From NCBI GenBank assembly GCA_963777955.1, contig CAVZSQ010000015.1, positions 160,001 to 224,000 of the forward strand: a DNA stretch of 64,000 nucleotides. The letters run 5' to 3'. Below, one piece after another: positions 50,024 through 62,977 of this stretch. Within the stretch, counting starts at the first letter, position 1; every line of letters begins with the position of its first letter. The position numbers were made by a program, and so were the translations under genes. Below the pieces are notes generated by a model. That model had not been told where the DNA came from. It did not search any database and was given only the letters and a program-made list of their open reading frames with translations. This stretch comes from Calditrichia bacterium (GTDB lineage: Bacteria; Calditrichota; Calditrichia; JAJRVZ01).

Positions 50024-51351
50024 TTATAAACTCGCCATAGCGGCGTCGATCTGTTCAAGTACTTTGGATAAACTAAAATCTTCGTTTTTCTGATCCAGAT
50101 CGAGTTCATAGATATCATAATTTCCACGGCGATCACTGTGAAATAAAATTTTCCGGCCATCCGCTGAAAAAATCGGATTTAAATCATCAGCCGGATTTGC
50201 GGTCAGCTTTTGTTCATTGCTGCCATCACTATTCATCATATAAATTTCATAATTGCCGTCACGGTCCGAGAAGAAGACCAGGCGTGTGTTGTCAAAATTA
50301 AGATCCGGAGCAACATTATCAGCAGGCATACCGGCACTGATTTGCTGAACGTCTGCAGTATTTGGAGTCATTTTATATATGGCATAATTCCCGTCCCGGT
50401 TGGAATCATAATACAGGGCATCTGTTTCGCCGCCCGACATTACGGGTCCGCCATCCATTTGTTCACCCTTGGTGAGTTCCTGTTGAAAACTGCCATCCGT
50501 TTCCATTATGAAGACATGGCTGAATAATTCAACCGGACTTACATCTCTCAAGTCATTTCTCTCTGAAACAAAGGCAATAAACTTACCATCGGAAGAAAAC
50601 CGCGGGCGCCAGTCATTGGAACTATTGGCGGTTAAATTGATTTCGCGGTTGGCCGAACGGTCATATACATAGATGTCTCTTAATTTTTGATTATAATCCA
50701 CATCCCGATGATCATCCTGGTTGGAAGTGTAAACAATTAATTTAGAGTCGGGCGAATAATCCGGATTTTCTTCATCCGAAGTTTTGAAAGTCAACTGGGT
50801 GCTGCTCTGGGCGGCCAGGTTATATTCAAAAATATCCCAGTTGTTTCCCTGGTAGGTCTGATACAGTATTTTCGTGCCATCCGGCGAGTATACACCGAAA
50901 GCTTCCGGCGCAGGACTGGCAATAATGGGAGTCACTTTATACAAGTCCAGGAATTTAGGCGCAATGCGAGACAGGTACTGCTGGCTATCCAGTCCGAGTA
51001 AAATTTCTTTATAGGCCTGGTATGCTTTTTTTCTTTCCCCGATTTTCAGTGCTAAATCCGCATAATTATATTTCAGGTCTGTCTGGGTGGGATTAATGCG
51101 CAGGGCCTCTTCATAGGTTTGCAGGGCTTCCGTATCGCGGCCGATCTGCTCATATTCTTTCGCCAATTGATACCGCCATTCCATTTTATTCGGTTCATCC
51201 TCAATATGCTTGCGCAGTTCAACGATACGGGCGTTGGATTCTTTTTCCAGAACTTCACGGGACATGGCCTTCACTACCCTTCCTGGCATTACCGCAGGCC
51301 GCAATCACAATCATTAGCAGACAGACTGACAAAAATTTTTAAATATTTCAT
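50024..51351 (-). CDS. TPR + TolB/PD40 beta-propeller lipoprotein, frameshifts near N-terminus
   Basis: GGAGGAG SD and ATG 51351 (MKYLKIF); IAAC lipobox in an adjacent frame; repeats SPDG.KI, F.SDRDGNYEIY, NP.FSADG. Confidence 0.8.
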
Positions 51352-51377
51352 GACTCCTCCTGAGGAGAAATTTATTA

Positions 51378-54300
51378 TTATTTTATCTGTTCTATCCGTT
51401 TTTGCGCTTCTTTTTTCAGAACCATATCAATTCCCGGCCTTTTGATGATCTCTTCGTACATGCGAATTGCTTCATCATTACGGCCTAGTTTCTCATACGA
51501 CTGCCCGGAATAATATAAAGCACTTGCTTCCCATTGTAATTTGGTTTTACGGGAAAGAAATGGTATTTTAACAAATTCAGTAATGGCTGTTTCATACTGC
51601 CCCACCTGGAAATAGGCCTCGCCGATATAAAATTGAATCTCCGGTTCCTGTTCACTGTCCGCCAGTAATTTGGTCTCTTTCAGTAATTCGACAGCCTGCT
51701 CCACCTGGCCCAGCTGAATATAGGCTCTACCCATCAGGATCTTTTTATCAACCAGGTCATTAGCCTGGGGGTAATCGCGGATATAATCCCGGGTCAGCGC
51801 CAAAGCCGCATCCCAAAAATTAACAAAAGTATAGGCTTTAATCAAGTTACTCATTACTTGCGGCTTGAGATCTGCGTTTAATGGTTTATCCAGGGCGCTT
51901 TTAAAACTGGACAAAGCACTTTCATATTTTTCAGAGCGGAAGTAGATGGTACCCATCGTATTCAAAACTGCACCCAGATTATCGCTGTTGGGATAAAGAC
52001 TGGCGAATTGAGTTAAGATGGCCAGAGCATCCTCATGCCGGTTCAGCGTCAGATAGGTTAAAGCCAGCGCATAGTCGGCGTCATCGACATAACTGGTTTT
52101 GGAGTATTTGTCTTTAACGGTTTTGTAATGCTTGACCGCAGCATCATAATTGTTATGTTGCCGGTAATACTCGCCGAATTCATACTGGAATTCAGCCAGA
52201 GTATTCGGTGCTGTCTTTAAATTTTTTATTATAGGCACTGATTGCGGTTTCGGCCTGCTGCTTCTTGCCGTCTCTGATTAAAGCAATGACATATCTGGCG
52301 GCAACATTTATTTCTTCCGGTTTTCCCGCGACCAATTTTTGCAGGTCAGCATAACTCTGGGCAGCTAAATCATTTTTCCCGGTGTTCAGATAAGTCTGAG
52401 CGATATTACTTAAAGCTTGTTGATAGCGTTCTGCATCGGAGGCAGTGACTTTGTTAAAACTGGTGATAGCGCTGCCGGGATCATTGAGGGTAAGATAAAT
52501 TTCGCCCAGCAGAAAATGGGCGGCATCGGAATATGGTCCCTGCGGATCCCAGGCCAGATAAGTGGCTAAATATTTCTGAGCGTCATCCCACTTTTTCAGA
52601 GCTGAGTAAGCACGTCCCAGTTTATATATTACTGATTTTTGAGCCGGTGATACAAATTCCCGGTTTAATACGACGTCGTCCAGCGCAATGGTTTTCAACT
52701 GGTTTTTATATAATCCGATGGCTGCATCATACTGACCTGAAAATAAATAAGTATCGGCAATCAGAGATTGATCTGCTTCTGCCTGCCGCGTATAATAATA
52801 ATCATCCCGCAACTTGCTGAATAACTGGCCGGCTTCCTTATAACTGTCCTTTTCCATATAAATCAAACCCAACTCATGTACAGCCCGGGCAGCAGTGCTG
52901 GAATTGGGATAAGAACTGATAATGCGGCGGTAATCATCCGCAGCATTACCGGTTTTTAATTTCTGACTGATCATCGCCCGGTTATAAAGATAATCGGGAT
53001 AAGCCTGGCTCACGCTGTATTGCTTGCTCAGCAGGTCATAGGTTTGATAGGCATCCGTCAGGGTGGAGTCATTCTGGGCATATAGTGCGGCCAGTTGCGC
53101 GTACCAGGTTTCACGATTCTTGCTGGTTTTATATTTTTCCAGCAGTGTCTCCAGATAACCAATTTGTTTGCGCCGCGGCGATTTTTCGGCGGCAATTCCT
53201 ATCTGCACAAAATCCCAGGCCAATTGGTCCGGCTGACTGGAAGTACCGATATTGCTCATCGCCTCACTCAGATTATCCTTGGCTTTTTTCAGGCAGGATT
53301 CAGTTTCAGCTGCACTATTTTCCCGGCGCTCAGCCAGGTGCCAGTAAGTAAGACCGATCTGCTGCAGCACATCAGTGCGCACGGACTGACTATCGGCACT
53401 GTTCAATGCATTCTGAAACTGGAGCAAAGCACTGTCGTAATCTTTCAGATTCTCGAATAATTTGCCCAACTGTACCTGCAGTTTACTGTCTGCCTGTTTG
53501 TTGATCACATTACCCAGCAGTACTGCCAAATTACTGAAGCCGACACTCTGATCAACAATTTTATACCTTTCTAAGTAGGTCAGATTCTGCTGAGCCTGGG
53601 GCAGGAAATCACTGCTGGCATACTTTTCGACTATTTCCCGGTATATCCTGGCACTTTCGGCATTTCGTGACAGTTTTTCACAGGCTAGTGCATATTCGTA
53701 AAGCAGATCGTCCTTCTCAGCAAATTTTTCCTCGGTATATAAATCAGGCTCGATATCGCGGATAATGGACAGCCAGTCATTTCTGCTCTTATAAAAAGCA
53801 ATCAGAGTAATCTTATCCTGGCGGTTAAAATGCCCTGCCGACTTAAGATAATTTAACGCAGCAATACCCTGCTCATATTTGTTGAGATTCAACAGCCACT
53901 CGAAAAATAATTGCTTGGCTTCCTTAAATCCAAAACTACTATAATAACTGGAATCGCCGAGAAGTTCTTCGAGATACTCGGTACCTTTCGACAGATTTTT
54001 TTGATTGGACCAGCATAAGGCACCTTTCAGACGGCGCACCACATAAGCGGTTTCCTGTTTGTCTACCGCACTCTGATCGTATGCTTTTAAGGCCAGGCCG
54101 AATTGTTTAGCCAGATAATAAGCATCACCTAACTTCTCCTGCAAGCTGTGCTTTCAGGATTGCCGGCGGATTTGAATTGATGCCCTGATTGAGTACTTTC
54201 TGGGCGTCAGTGTGCCGGTTTTGCACCAGATAAACCTGCGAGAGCGCCAGGGCAGTTGATTGATATACAGAACTTTTATTATAGCGGTCGCAGATCTTCT

Positions 54301-55015
54301 GGTAGTACTCGACAGCGCTGCTCAAATACCCACTGGTCCGGTCCATCTCACCCAGCGCATAGAGTGCCTGTGCTTTTAACTGATCGCTGCTATTACTATC
54401 CAGCACTTTGTTCATCTTTTCAATAGCTTTGCTGCGCTCCCCTTTCTGGATGAATATCGTGCCATGATCCAGCACAGCAGAAAAATATTCCGGAGATTCT
54501 AAATAGCGGTTCTGGATTAAAATGTAAAGTTGCTCGGCTTTATCCAATTCCTGTAACTTCTGATAGGCCTCACCGGCGCGCAGAATACTCTTGGCAGCCA
54601 CCGCATGATCCGGATGCAGATTCTTTACTATTTCATAGGACTTGGCGGCTTCTTCATATTTACCCAGCAGGGTGTAACATTCACCCATCATGTACCAACT
54701 GTCGGCAGCCCGCGAACTGCTGGGATAATTGACAGCCACACCCTGAAATTCCACCCGGGCGTTGGAATAATCCTTGAGGTTATAGAGGCTTAAGCCGGTA
54801 TAGTAGGCTGCCTCAGCCACCCGGTTACTGTTGGGATAACGATTGGTAAAGCGGGAAAATTGTTTAGCGGCTAATTCGTAAAATTGTTCATCGAATAATT
54901 TCAGGGCATATGAAAAATCATCACTTTCTGAATTTACCTGGGCAGAAAGTATGGTCAGGCCCGAGAGCAATACAATAAACGTAATAAGATTAAACTGGCA
55001 TTTGCATAATTTCAT
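51378..55015 (-). CDS. Very large secreted TPR protein (~1200 aa), split by frameshifts at ~54135 and ~52200
   Basis: ORFs 54125..55015 (signal peptide), 52192..54144 and 51378..52238 overlap end to end and are all TPR repeats. Confidence 0.8.
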
Positions 55016-55018
55016 AAG

Positions 55019-57235
55019 TTACTCATCAAGTTCCACGGGAGTTAGATTTGCATACTGGGCAATTAATTTTTTATGAATGTTGCCCTCGAAGTTAACCGAA
55101 ATTTTCATTTTATCGCCATGCCCTTCGATACCGACTACCTTTCCCCGGCCGAACGTTTCATGATAGACCAGGGTGCCGATTGCGAAACCGATATCACTCT
55201 CCTGAGACATTTCATGATGCCGGAAATAGTCCAGTACCTTTTTACGGTGCGATTGTTTGCGCTTTTTGGAATAAATACGCTCTGTTTTGCGGGAAGTTCG
55301 CAGTTCGGTGAATTCCGGAGGTATTTCATCGAGAAATAGAGAAGGTTCATTGCTTACTACACTATTGTACTTTCTTCTGCTGCGGGCAAAACTGAGATAT
55401 AAATTATCCTGAGCCCGGGTCATGCCCACGTACAACAAACGTCTTTCTTCTTCAAGTTCAGCATGCTCGGCTGTGTTGCGTTGCAGTGGAAACAGACCCA
55501 TTTCCAGACCGGTGATAAACACTACCGGGAACTCGAGTCCTTTAGCCGAATGCAGGGTTAACAGAGTGATTGCATTTTTGTCTGTTTCATATTCATCGAC
55601 GTCGGACATCAGGGCGACTTCTTCCAGGTATACGCTCAAGCTATTATCTTTCTTTTCCCTGGTTCTTTCCGCGGTAAAATTTTCAATCGAATTGAATAAT
55701 TCATAGATATTTTCCAGACGGTTCTCGCTCTCATACTGATCGTATTCATTTTTAATGTGAGTCATGATTCCGGTTTCCTGCGCCAGGGATGAGGCCAGTT
55801 CCGCCGCCGAGATATCTTTACTGAGCGCCCGGTACTTCTTGATCAGATCGTAAAATTCAACCACCCGGTTGGACATTCCTGCCGAAATTGAAGCTATTTC
55901 AGTGACCCGGCCCATACCTTCGAACAGGGATATTTTTAGTGTCTCAGCATATTTCTCAATCTTGTTGACTGTAGTCTCCCCTACACCCCGCAGCGGAAAA
56001 TTGACTATACGACGCAGACTCACGCTGTCGGCAGGATTGGTGATTACCTTGAGATAGGCCAGGATATCTTTTATTTCCTTGCGCTCATAAAATTTTAGTC
56101 CCCCCACCACCGCGTAGGTCAGGGCATTCTTGCGCAATTCATCTTCCAGGGCTCTGCTCTGCGCATTAGTCCGGTATAAAATAGCGATATCCCGGAAAGT
56201 CCGTTTGTTGGAGTACATTTCATTATGAATGATTTCGACCACCATCTTCGCTTCTTCCGTTTCATTCTCAGCTTCCATGATAACGATGGGATCGCCTTTT
56301 TGTTTGTTGGTAAACAGGGTTTTACCCAGTCGTTCCTGATTATGCGCTACAACTGCATTGGCCCCTTGCAGTATGTTCTTATTCGAGCGATAATTTTCCT
56401 CCAGTCGGAATATACAGGTATCGGGAAAATCTTTATCAAAGTTCAGAATATTATTTATATCGGCGCCGCGCCAGCGGTAAATGGACTGATCTTCGTCTCC
56501 CACCACGCAAATATGGTTATCTTTATGCGCCAGACGGTGGACAATCTGATACTGGGGTTTATTGGTATCCTGGTACTCATCGACCAGTATGTACTGAAAT
56601 TTCTTTTGATACTTGCGCAGCAGTTCCGGATATTGATCGAACATTTTTAGCGGTACCAGCAGCAGATCATCGAAATCCATGGCGTTATTTTCAATTAAAT
56701 AGTGATTATAACGCCTTAATACCTCGGCCAGACTCTGTTCGAACTCATCTTTGGCCTTTTTTTCGATTTCTTCCGGTGTGGCCATCATATTCTTAGCATG
56801 GCTGATCCGTGTCTGATACAATTTGGGCGGATAAACCTGTTGTGGTATATTGAGGGAACTCAAAACCTTGCGCACCGCGCTGACCTGGTCGTCGGTATCG
56901 TATATCACAAAATTCCGGTTGTACGGCAAGCGCTCCGCTTCCACACGCAGAATACGGGCAAAAATCGAGTGGAACGTACCGATCCACAATTTATTAAAAT
57001 CTGTTTTAATCAGGGAGGTCAGGCGGTCACGCATTTCCTGGGCTGCTTTATTCGTGAAGGTCACGGCCAGGATACGTCCGGCATCTACTTTTCTTTTCTG
57101 TACGAGATGAGCAATGCGATAGGTAAGAGTACGCGTTTTGCCGCTACCTGCTCCGGCCAGGATCAGCAGATGCTTTTTCTCGCTGGTAACTGCTTTTTGC
57201 TGTTCCTGATTCAGATCTTTCATATTGAGCAACAT
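55019..57235 (-). CDS. uvrD: UvrD/PcrA ATP-dependent DNA helicase
   Basis: LAGAGSGKT, VTFTNKAA, VDEYQDTN, VGDEDQSIY, LYRTNAQSR, TLHSAKGLEFP, EERRLLYVGMTRA. Confidence 0.96.
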   Translation of the reverse strand: MLLNMKDLNQEQQKAVTSEKKHLLILAGAGSGKTRTLTYRIAHLVQKRKVDAGRILAVTFTNKAAQEMRDRLTSLIKTDFNKLWIGTFHSIFARILRVEAERLPYNRNFVIYDTDDQVSAVRKVLSSLNIPQQVYPPKLYQTRISHAKNMMATPEEIEKKAKDEFEQSLAEVLRRYNHYLIENNAMDFDDLLLVPLKMFDQYPELLRKYQKKFQYILVDEYQDTNKPQYQIVHRLAHKDNHICVVGDEDQSIYRWRGADINNILNFDKDFPDTCIFRLEENYRSNKNILQGANAVVAHNQERLGKTLFTNKQKGDPIVIMEAENETEEAKMVVEIIHNEMYSNKRTFRDIAILYRTNAQSRALEDELRKNALTYAVVGGLKFYERKEIKDILAYLKVITNPADSVSLRRIVNFPLRGVGETTVNKIEKYAETLKISLFEGMGRVTEIASISAGMSNRVVEFYDLIKKYRALSKDISAAELASSLAQETGIMTHIKNEYDQYESENRLENIYELFNSIENFTAERTREKKDNSLSVYLEEVALMSDVDEYETDKNAITLLTLHSAKGLEFPVVFITGLEMGLFPLQRNTAEHAELEEERRLLYVGMTRAQDNLYLSFARSRRKYNSVVSNEPSLFLDEIPPEFTELRTSRKTERIYSKKRKQSHRKKVLDYFRHHEMSQESDIGFAIGTLVYHETFGRGKVVGIEGHGDKMKISVNFEGNIHKKLIAQYANLTPVELDE

Positions 57236-57238
57236 GGA

Positions 57239-58291
57239 TCATCTACTCGGTTTAAGGGTTCGATTCCGTTGATAGACTTCACGTCTTATTTTATCAAATT
57301 TTGCTTTTTCCTGCACATGTTCCACAGCACTTCTGGTAAAAGTATGCCGTCCATCTCCCCGGGCTACAAAATATAAATAATCAGTTTGGCGCGGGTAAAT
57401 CGCAGCCATGATAGATTTTCTGCCAGGATTATTTATCGGACCCGGAGGCAGACCGTGATACTTATAGGTATTATAAGGATTATCTATCTCCAGATCCTTT
57501 AAGAGTAAACGTCGAGGTGAATCCTGAAGAATATACTGAATAGTCGGGTCTGCTTGCAATTTAATTCTGTGCAACAGCCTATTATGATATACCGAAGAGA
57601 TAGTCGCTCGTTCATCATCGAAAATGGCCTCGCCTTCAATAATCGAAGCCAGGGTGAGAATCTGGTGAGGCGTAAAATTTAAACGGTCTAATTGAACCTG
57701 TACCGTATCGGAAAAAATCTGCAGGCACTTTTTGACCAGCAGATCAACAATTTCCCTTTCAGACGTATTCCAGTAGAAATAGTATGTATCCGGTAAAAGA
57801 TAACCTTCAAGTGACCGGGCGGCCACTCCCAACCGGGCAATTACCTGCTGATCATAACACAGCGCTTTGAATTTTTCCGGATCTATGTTGAGTTCCTGCT
57901 GTAACTCAGCAGCAATCTGAGGGATGCACCACCCTTCCAGCAAGGTGACCCGCAATTCTTTATTATGTGCAGTGGATAGGAAAGTGACCAGTTGGGGATA
58001 ATTAAGATCAGCCGGTACCTCAAAGTATCCTGCTTTCAAGGAGCGGTCCCGCTGCAGGGTTTTGGCCCAGAACAGGAAGGTCTTTTTATCGCCAATCAAC
58101 TGCTTGCTCAATAATGTATCAGCTATAGCTTCGATATCCACCCCTTTGGGAATCTTCACTACTTTTATCTCTGCGGACCTGATCTGAGCCGGTAACTGGA
58201 AATAATCCACCAGCCGGGCTACCACAATGGGGATCAGCAGTAAAGTCACAATTAACAGATACCATGCAATTTTCCTGATTATCAGTTTCAC
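57239..58291 (-). CDS. mltG: Endolytic transglycosylase MltG
   Basis: LEGYLLPDTY, LASIIEGE, NRL...LQADPT, PYNTY..GLPPGPINNPG, YLYFVA. Confidence 0.95.
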   Translation of the reverse strand: MKLIIRKIAWYLLIVTLLLIPIVVARLVDYFQLPAQIRSAEIKVVKIPKGVDIEAIADTLLSKQLIGDKKTFLFWAKTLQRDRSLKAGYFEVPADLNYPQLVTFLSTAHNKELRVTLLEGWCIPQIAAELQQELNIDPEKFKALCYDQQVIARLGVAARSLEGYLLPDTYYFYWNTSEREIVDLLVKKCLQIFSDTVQVQLDRLNFTPHQILTLASIIEGEAIFDDERATISSVYHNRLLHRIKLQADPTIQYILQDSPRRLLLKDLEIDNPYNTYKYHGLPPGPINNPGRKSIMAAIYPRQTDYLYFVARGDGRHTFTRSAVEHVQEKAKFDKIRREVYQRNRTLKPSR

Positions 58292-58324
58292 TGGCCCATC
58301 CGCCGTAGCAGCACTTCCTGCTTT

Positions 58325-59362
58325 TTATTCCTGAATAAGGTTGACACGGTTGGTGAATTCTATCAGTTTTTCCAGTTTGTTCAGGGCCGCTCCGGATTCA
58401 ATCGACTGGCGGGCGCGACTGATACCTTCCCAGATAGAATCAACTTCGCCACCCACCTTTATAGCCGCACCGGCATTGAGCAGAACAATATTCAGGGCGG
58501 CCGAAGGAACTCCATGCAATACATCCATCAATAGGCGTTTGTTGTCTTTAATCGATTGAGACTGGATGTTTTGAATGGGAGCAGTTTCCATGCCAAAGTT
58601 ATCAGGACGGATCATGTATTCATAAATATTGTCATCAACCAGTTCACAGATGATGGTAGGACCGCTGATCGAGATCTCATCAATGCCTTCACAGCCGTGC
58701 ACGGCCATTACCTGTACAGATCCCAGTTCCTTTAATACTTCCACCACCAGTCGCACCAGACCCCGGTCGTATACTCCGATCAACTGCCGCTTGATACCGG
58801 CCGGATTGGTCAGTGGATTGAGAATGTTAAAAATGGTGCGGACACCGATCTCTTTCCTGGGTCCCAGGGCATAACGGCCGGCTGTCTGCAATCTGGGTGC
58901 AAACAGGAAGGCAATGCCGATTTCGTTCAAACAGCGGGACAATTCGCCCGGTGATACATCAAGGTTGACCCCCAGAGCCATTAATACATCAGAACTTCCG
59001 CATTTACTGGAGATCGACTGGTTGCAGTGCTTAGCTATGACCACACCGGCACCGGCGGCTACCAGGGCTGCTGCGGTGGATATATTAAAAGTATTGAGAT
59101 TATCCTCTCCGGTGCCACAGGTATCAACCATGTCATCAATTTTTGCAGGCACACGCAGGGTTTTAGTATTTATCGCCTCCACAACACCCGCGACCTCTTC
59201 GACAGTTTCTCCCTTCATTCTTAAGGCAACCAGGAAGGCTGCAATCTGTGCATCGGTAGCCTCCCCGTTCAAAAGTTTCAACATCAGTTTTTTACTTTCA
59301 GCCCGGTTTAAATTCTTACCCTGAATTAAATTATTGATGGCGGTTTGCATGATGTTGGACAT
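58325..59362 (-). CDS. trpD: Anthranilate phosphoribosyltransferase (divergent motifs)
   Basis: IAAFLVALRMKGET, DTCGTG, FNIST, RTIFN, GIDEIS, LNAGAA. Confidence 0.85.
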   Translation of the reverse strand: MSNIMQTAINNLIQGKNLNRAESKKLMLKLLNGEATDAQIAAFLVALRMKGETVEEVAGVVEAINTKTLRVPAKIDDMVDTCGTGEDNLNTFNISTAAALVAAGAGVVIAKHCNQSISSKCGSSDVLMALGVNLDVSPGELSRCLNEIGIAFLFAPRLQTAGRYALGPRKEIGVRTIFNILNPLTNPAGIKRQLIGVYDRGLVRLVVEVLKELGSVQVMAVHGCEGIDEISISGPTIICELVDDNIYEYMIRPDNFGMETAPIQNIQSQSIKDNKRLLMDVLHGVPSAALNIVLLNAGAAIKVGGEVDSIWEGISRARQSIESGAALNKLEKLIEFTNRVNLIQE

Positions 59363-59378
59363 AGCTTTTACCCGGTCT

Positions 59379-60221
59379 TTATTTTATATTAAACTTTTGT
59401 TTATACTGTTTAACTAATAAAGACATCTGTTCATGTACAGGTATGGATTCTGTCAAATTAATGCAGGTTTGATCTATTTCCCAGCCTGCGTTTGATCTTG
59501 TAACCTGCAGTAAAGCTACACCTTCGCCATCCCGGCCCGATCCGAGAATAGTAGTATTACCAATCAACTGGGCTGAAGGGTATTGTTCATGCCCCAGCAA
59601 AATTAAATCTAGTCTGGGATATTGCCGGGCTAAGGTATTGGCTTCCGCTAAGGTTCCGTGGTAGATCATACAATTAAACGTATTTGTATCGTCTTCCGGA
59701 AAGACGGGAAGTATTTTGTCCAGCTGCAGGTAATCCGGTTTGGGTATAAAAGAAAAACATGCCGGAGATAAGTAGGCGGAGATATTAATCCGCTGTGATT
59801 TAAAGTTAAAGGTCCGGACAGCCGATCTGGATTGTCCGGTATTGGCTGCAAACCAGCTCTTGCCCAGCAAAGTCTGAATCCGGGCAGTGAATTGCTCATT
59901 CTCCACAAATTCCTGGTCACCCGGTACAAATAGATCAAAATGCAATAACCGCAATGCTTCCAGCATGGCGGTATTCAGAGGTAAGAAAGAATAAGAATTG
60001 AAGTAGTCGCCGCCGCTGAGCACCAGAAGATCCTGATATTTTTCACGGGATTGTTCAATGACCGTCATTAGCCGGTCCACCCCGCCAAGCGGTTCTTTAC
60101 CGCATCCGCAATTTTCCAGTGTACCGTTAATATTGGCAACATAGAGAATGGTAAATGAAGCCTGAGCCGGCAGTATCAGCGGGATCAATGAAACGATCAG
60201 GATAATAATTACTTTGTACAT
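59379..60221 (-). CDS. Secreted UshA/5'-nucleotidase-like calcineurin-fold protein with CGC motif
   Basis: Signal peptide; NINGTLENCGC..PLGGVDR, GGDYF, PGDQEF, DLILLGH. Confidence 0.7.
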   Translation of the reverse strand: MYKVIIILIVSLIPLILPAQASFTILYVANINGTLENCGCGKEPLGGVDRLMTVIEQSREKYQDLLVLSGGDYFNSYSFLPLNTAMLEALRLLHFDLFVPGDQEFVENEQFTARIQTLLGKSWFAANTGQSRSAVRTFNFKSQRINISAYLSPACFSFIPKPDYLQLDKILPVFPEDDTNTFNCMIYHGTLAEANTLARQYPRLDLILLGHEQYPSAQLIGNTTILGSGRDGEGVALLQVTRSNAGWEIDQTCINLTESIPVHEQMSLLVKQYKQKFNIK

Positions 60222-60239
60222 GCCTCTGGCCTGTTTTAC

Positions 60240-61521
<1,282 letters not shown>

Positions 61522-61697
61522 TCGCTGGATTTAATTTATTTCCCGCAAAAAAACACCCTCCGCTACTAAATTGCCTGACGCTCTATAAAACTTTTTCGCA
61601 CATCGGAGGGTTATAGGATAAAATAGTACGTCTAACTTCGCAAGTATATGTAGTATATGTGCTTTATCCAGTCAGAATGTACAGTTAATCCCGGCGG

Positions 61698-62033
61698 TCA
61701 GAACGAAGCAACTGCTTCTTCGAACGTACCGCATATATGAAAAACCGTATTTAATTTTGTCGATTTAAGCAAGGCCAGCACTTTATCAGGAACATGGATC
61801 AGGCGAAGTCCGCCTTTATTATTTTGCAGCAGGGTAACTGCACCGATCAGAATACCCAGGCCCGAACTATTCATCAATTCAACATTTTTCAGGTTGATAA
61901 TTATCTTGATCTTTTTCTCATCGATCAGCCGGTTGATGGCATCGTTTATTTCAGTCGCTTCGGGCCCGCCCATAATTTTTCCGGTCAGGGCCAGGGTAAC
62001 CAATCCTTTTTCTTCGCTGACAGTATACTTCAT
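61698..62033 (-). CDS. STAS-domain anti-sigma factor antagonist
   Basis: INLKNVELMNSSGLGILI phosphoserine motif. Confidence 0.9.
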   Translation of the reverse strand: MKYTVSEEKGLVTLALTGKIMGGPEATEINDAINRLIDEKKIKIIINLKNVELMNSSGLGILIGAVTLLQNNKGGLRLIHVPDKVLALLKSTKLNTVFHICGTFEEAVASF

Positions 62034-62043
62034 ACCTTATCCC

Positions 62044-62954
62044 TTATTTTTGTTTGGCAGGCCGTAAATGCCAATCGACTACCAGGGCGGTGGCTATCCA
62101 GATACTGGAATAGGTTCCGATGATGATACCGAAAATCAGAGCCAGCGAGAAATCACGCAGTACTTCTCCGCCGAAAAAGAATAGTACCACCACAACCAGC
62201 TAAGGTAGTCGCAGAGGTGATGATCGTCCGGCTCAGGGTTTCATTAATACTGCGGTTGACAATCGCCACATATCCTGCCGAATCTTTGGCCCGCACTCTC
62301 AGATTTTCTCTGACCCGGTCAAATACCACAATTGTATCGTTAATCGAATAACCGATCAGGGTAAGCACGGCCGCGACGAATCTGGGAAGATATTTCGATA
62401 TCGAGTACAGAAAAGAATTCCAATGGTTATCAATGAGTCATGAAACAGAGCCAGGATGGCAGCCACTGCCATATTTGAACTGAAACCGCCACATGATATA
62501 GATCAGCATCAGCACCATCGCCCAGAGTACAGCATATAATGGCATCTGTGATCAATTCTTTACCGATTTTAGGACCGACTTTTTCAACCCGGGCCTCGAT
62601 AAACGGATTATCCGGTAAGACTTCTCGGATAATAGGTTCAATGATCGGAGCCAGTTCCTCGCCTTCCTTTTTGATATTGGCCCGAATGACGACTTCGTTC
62701 TAACGCACCATAATGTTTTATTTCACTATCGCCATACCCCGCGGCGGAAAGTCGCGGAACGGATTTGTTCGATCTGTACATCCTTTTCAAATCTTAATTG
62801 AAGCAGAGTACCACCGGTGAAATCCACATTATAGCGCGGACCACCGTGCATGATCAGGGAAATAATACCGATTAACAAAAGAGTGGCACTGAAAATATAT
62901 CCATATTTTCGTTTACCTATAAAATCGAAATTAGTATTCAGTAGAAAGTTGCAT
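62044..62954 (-). CDS. secF: Protein translocase subunit SecF, multiple frameshifts
   Basis: [57 protein letters not shown] spread over several frames; downstream of secD. Confidence 0.88.
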
Positions 62955-62977
62955 TTTAAATAGGCTCCCTGGCTAAA

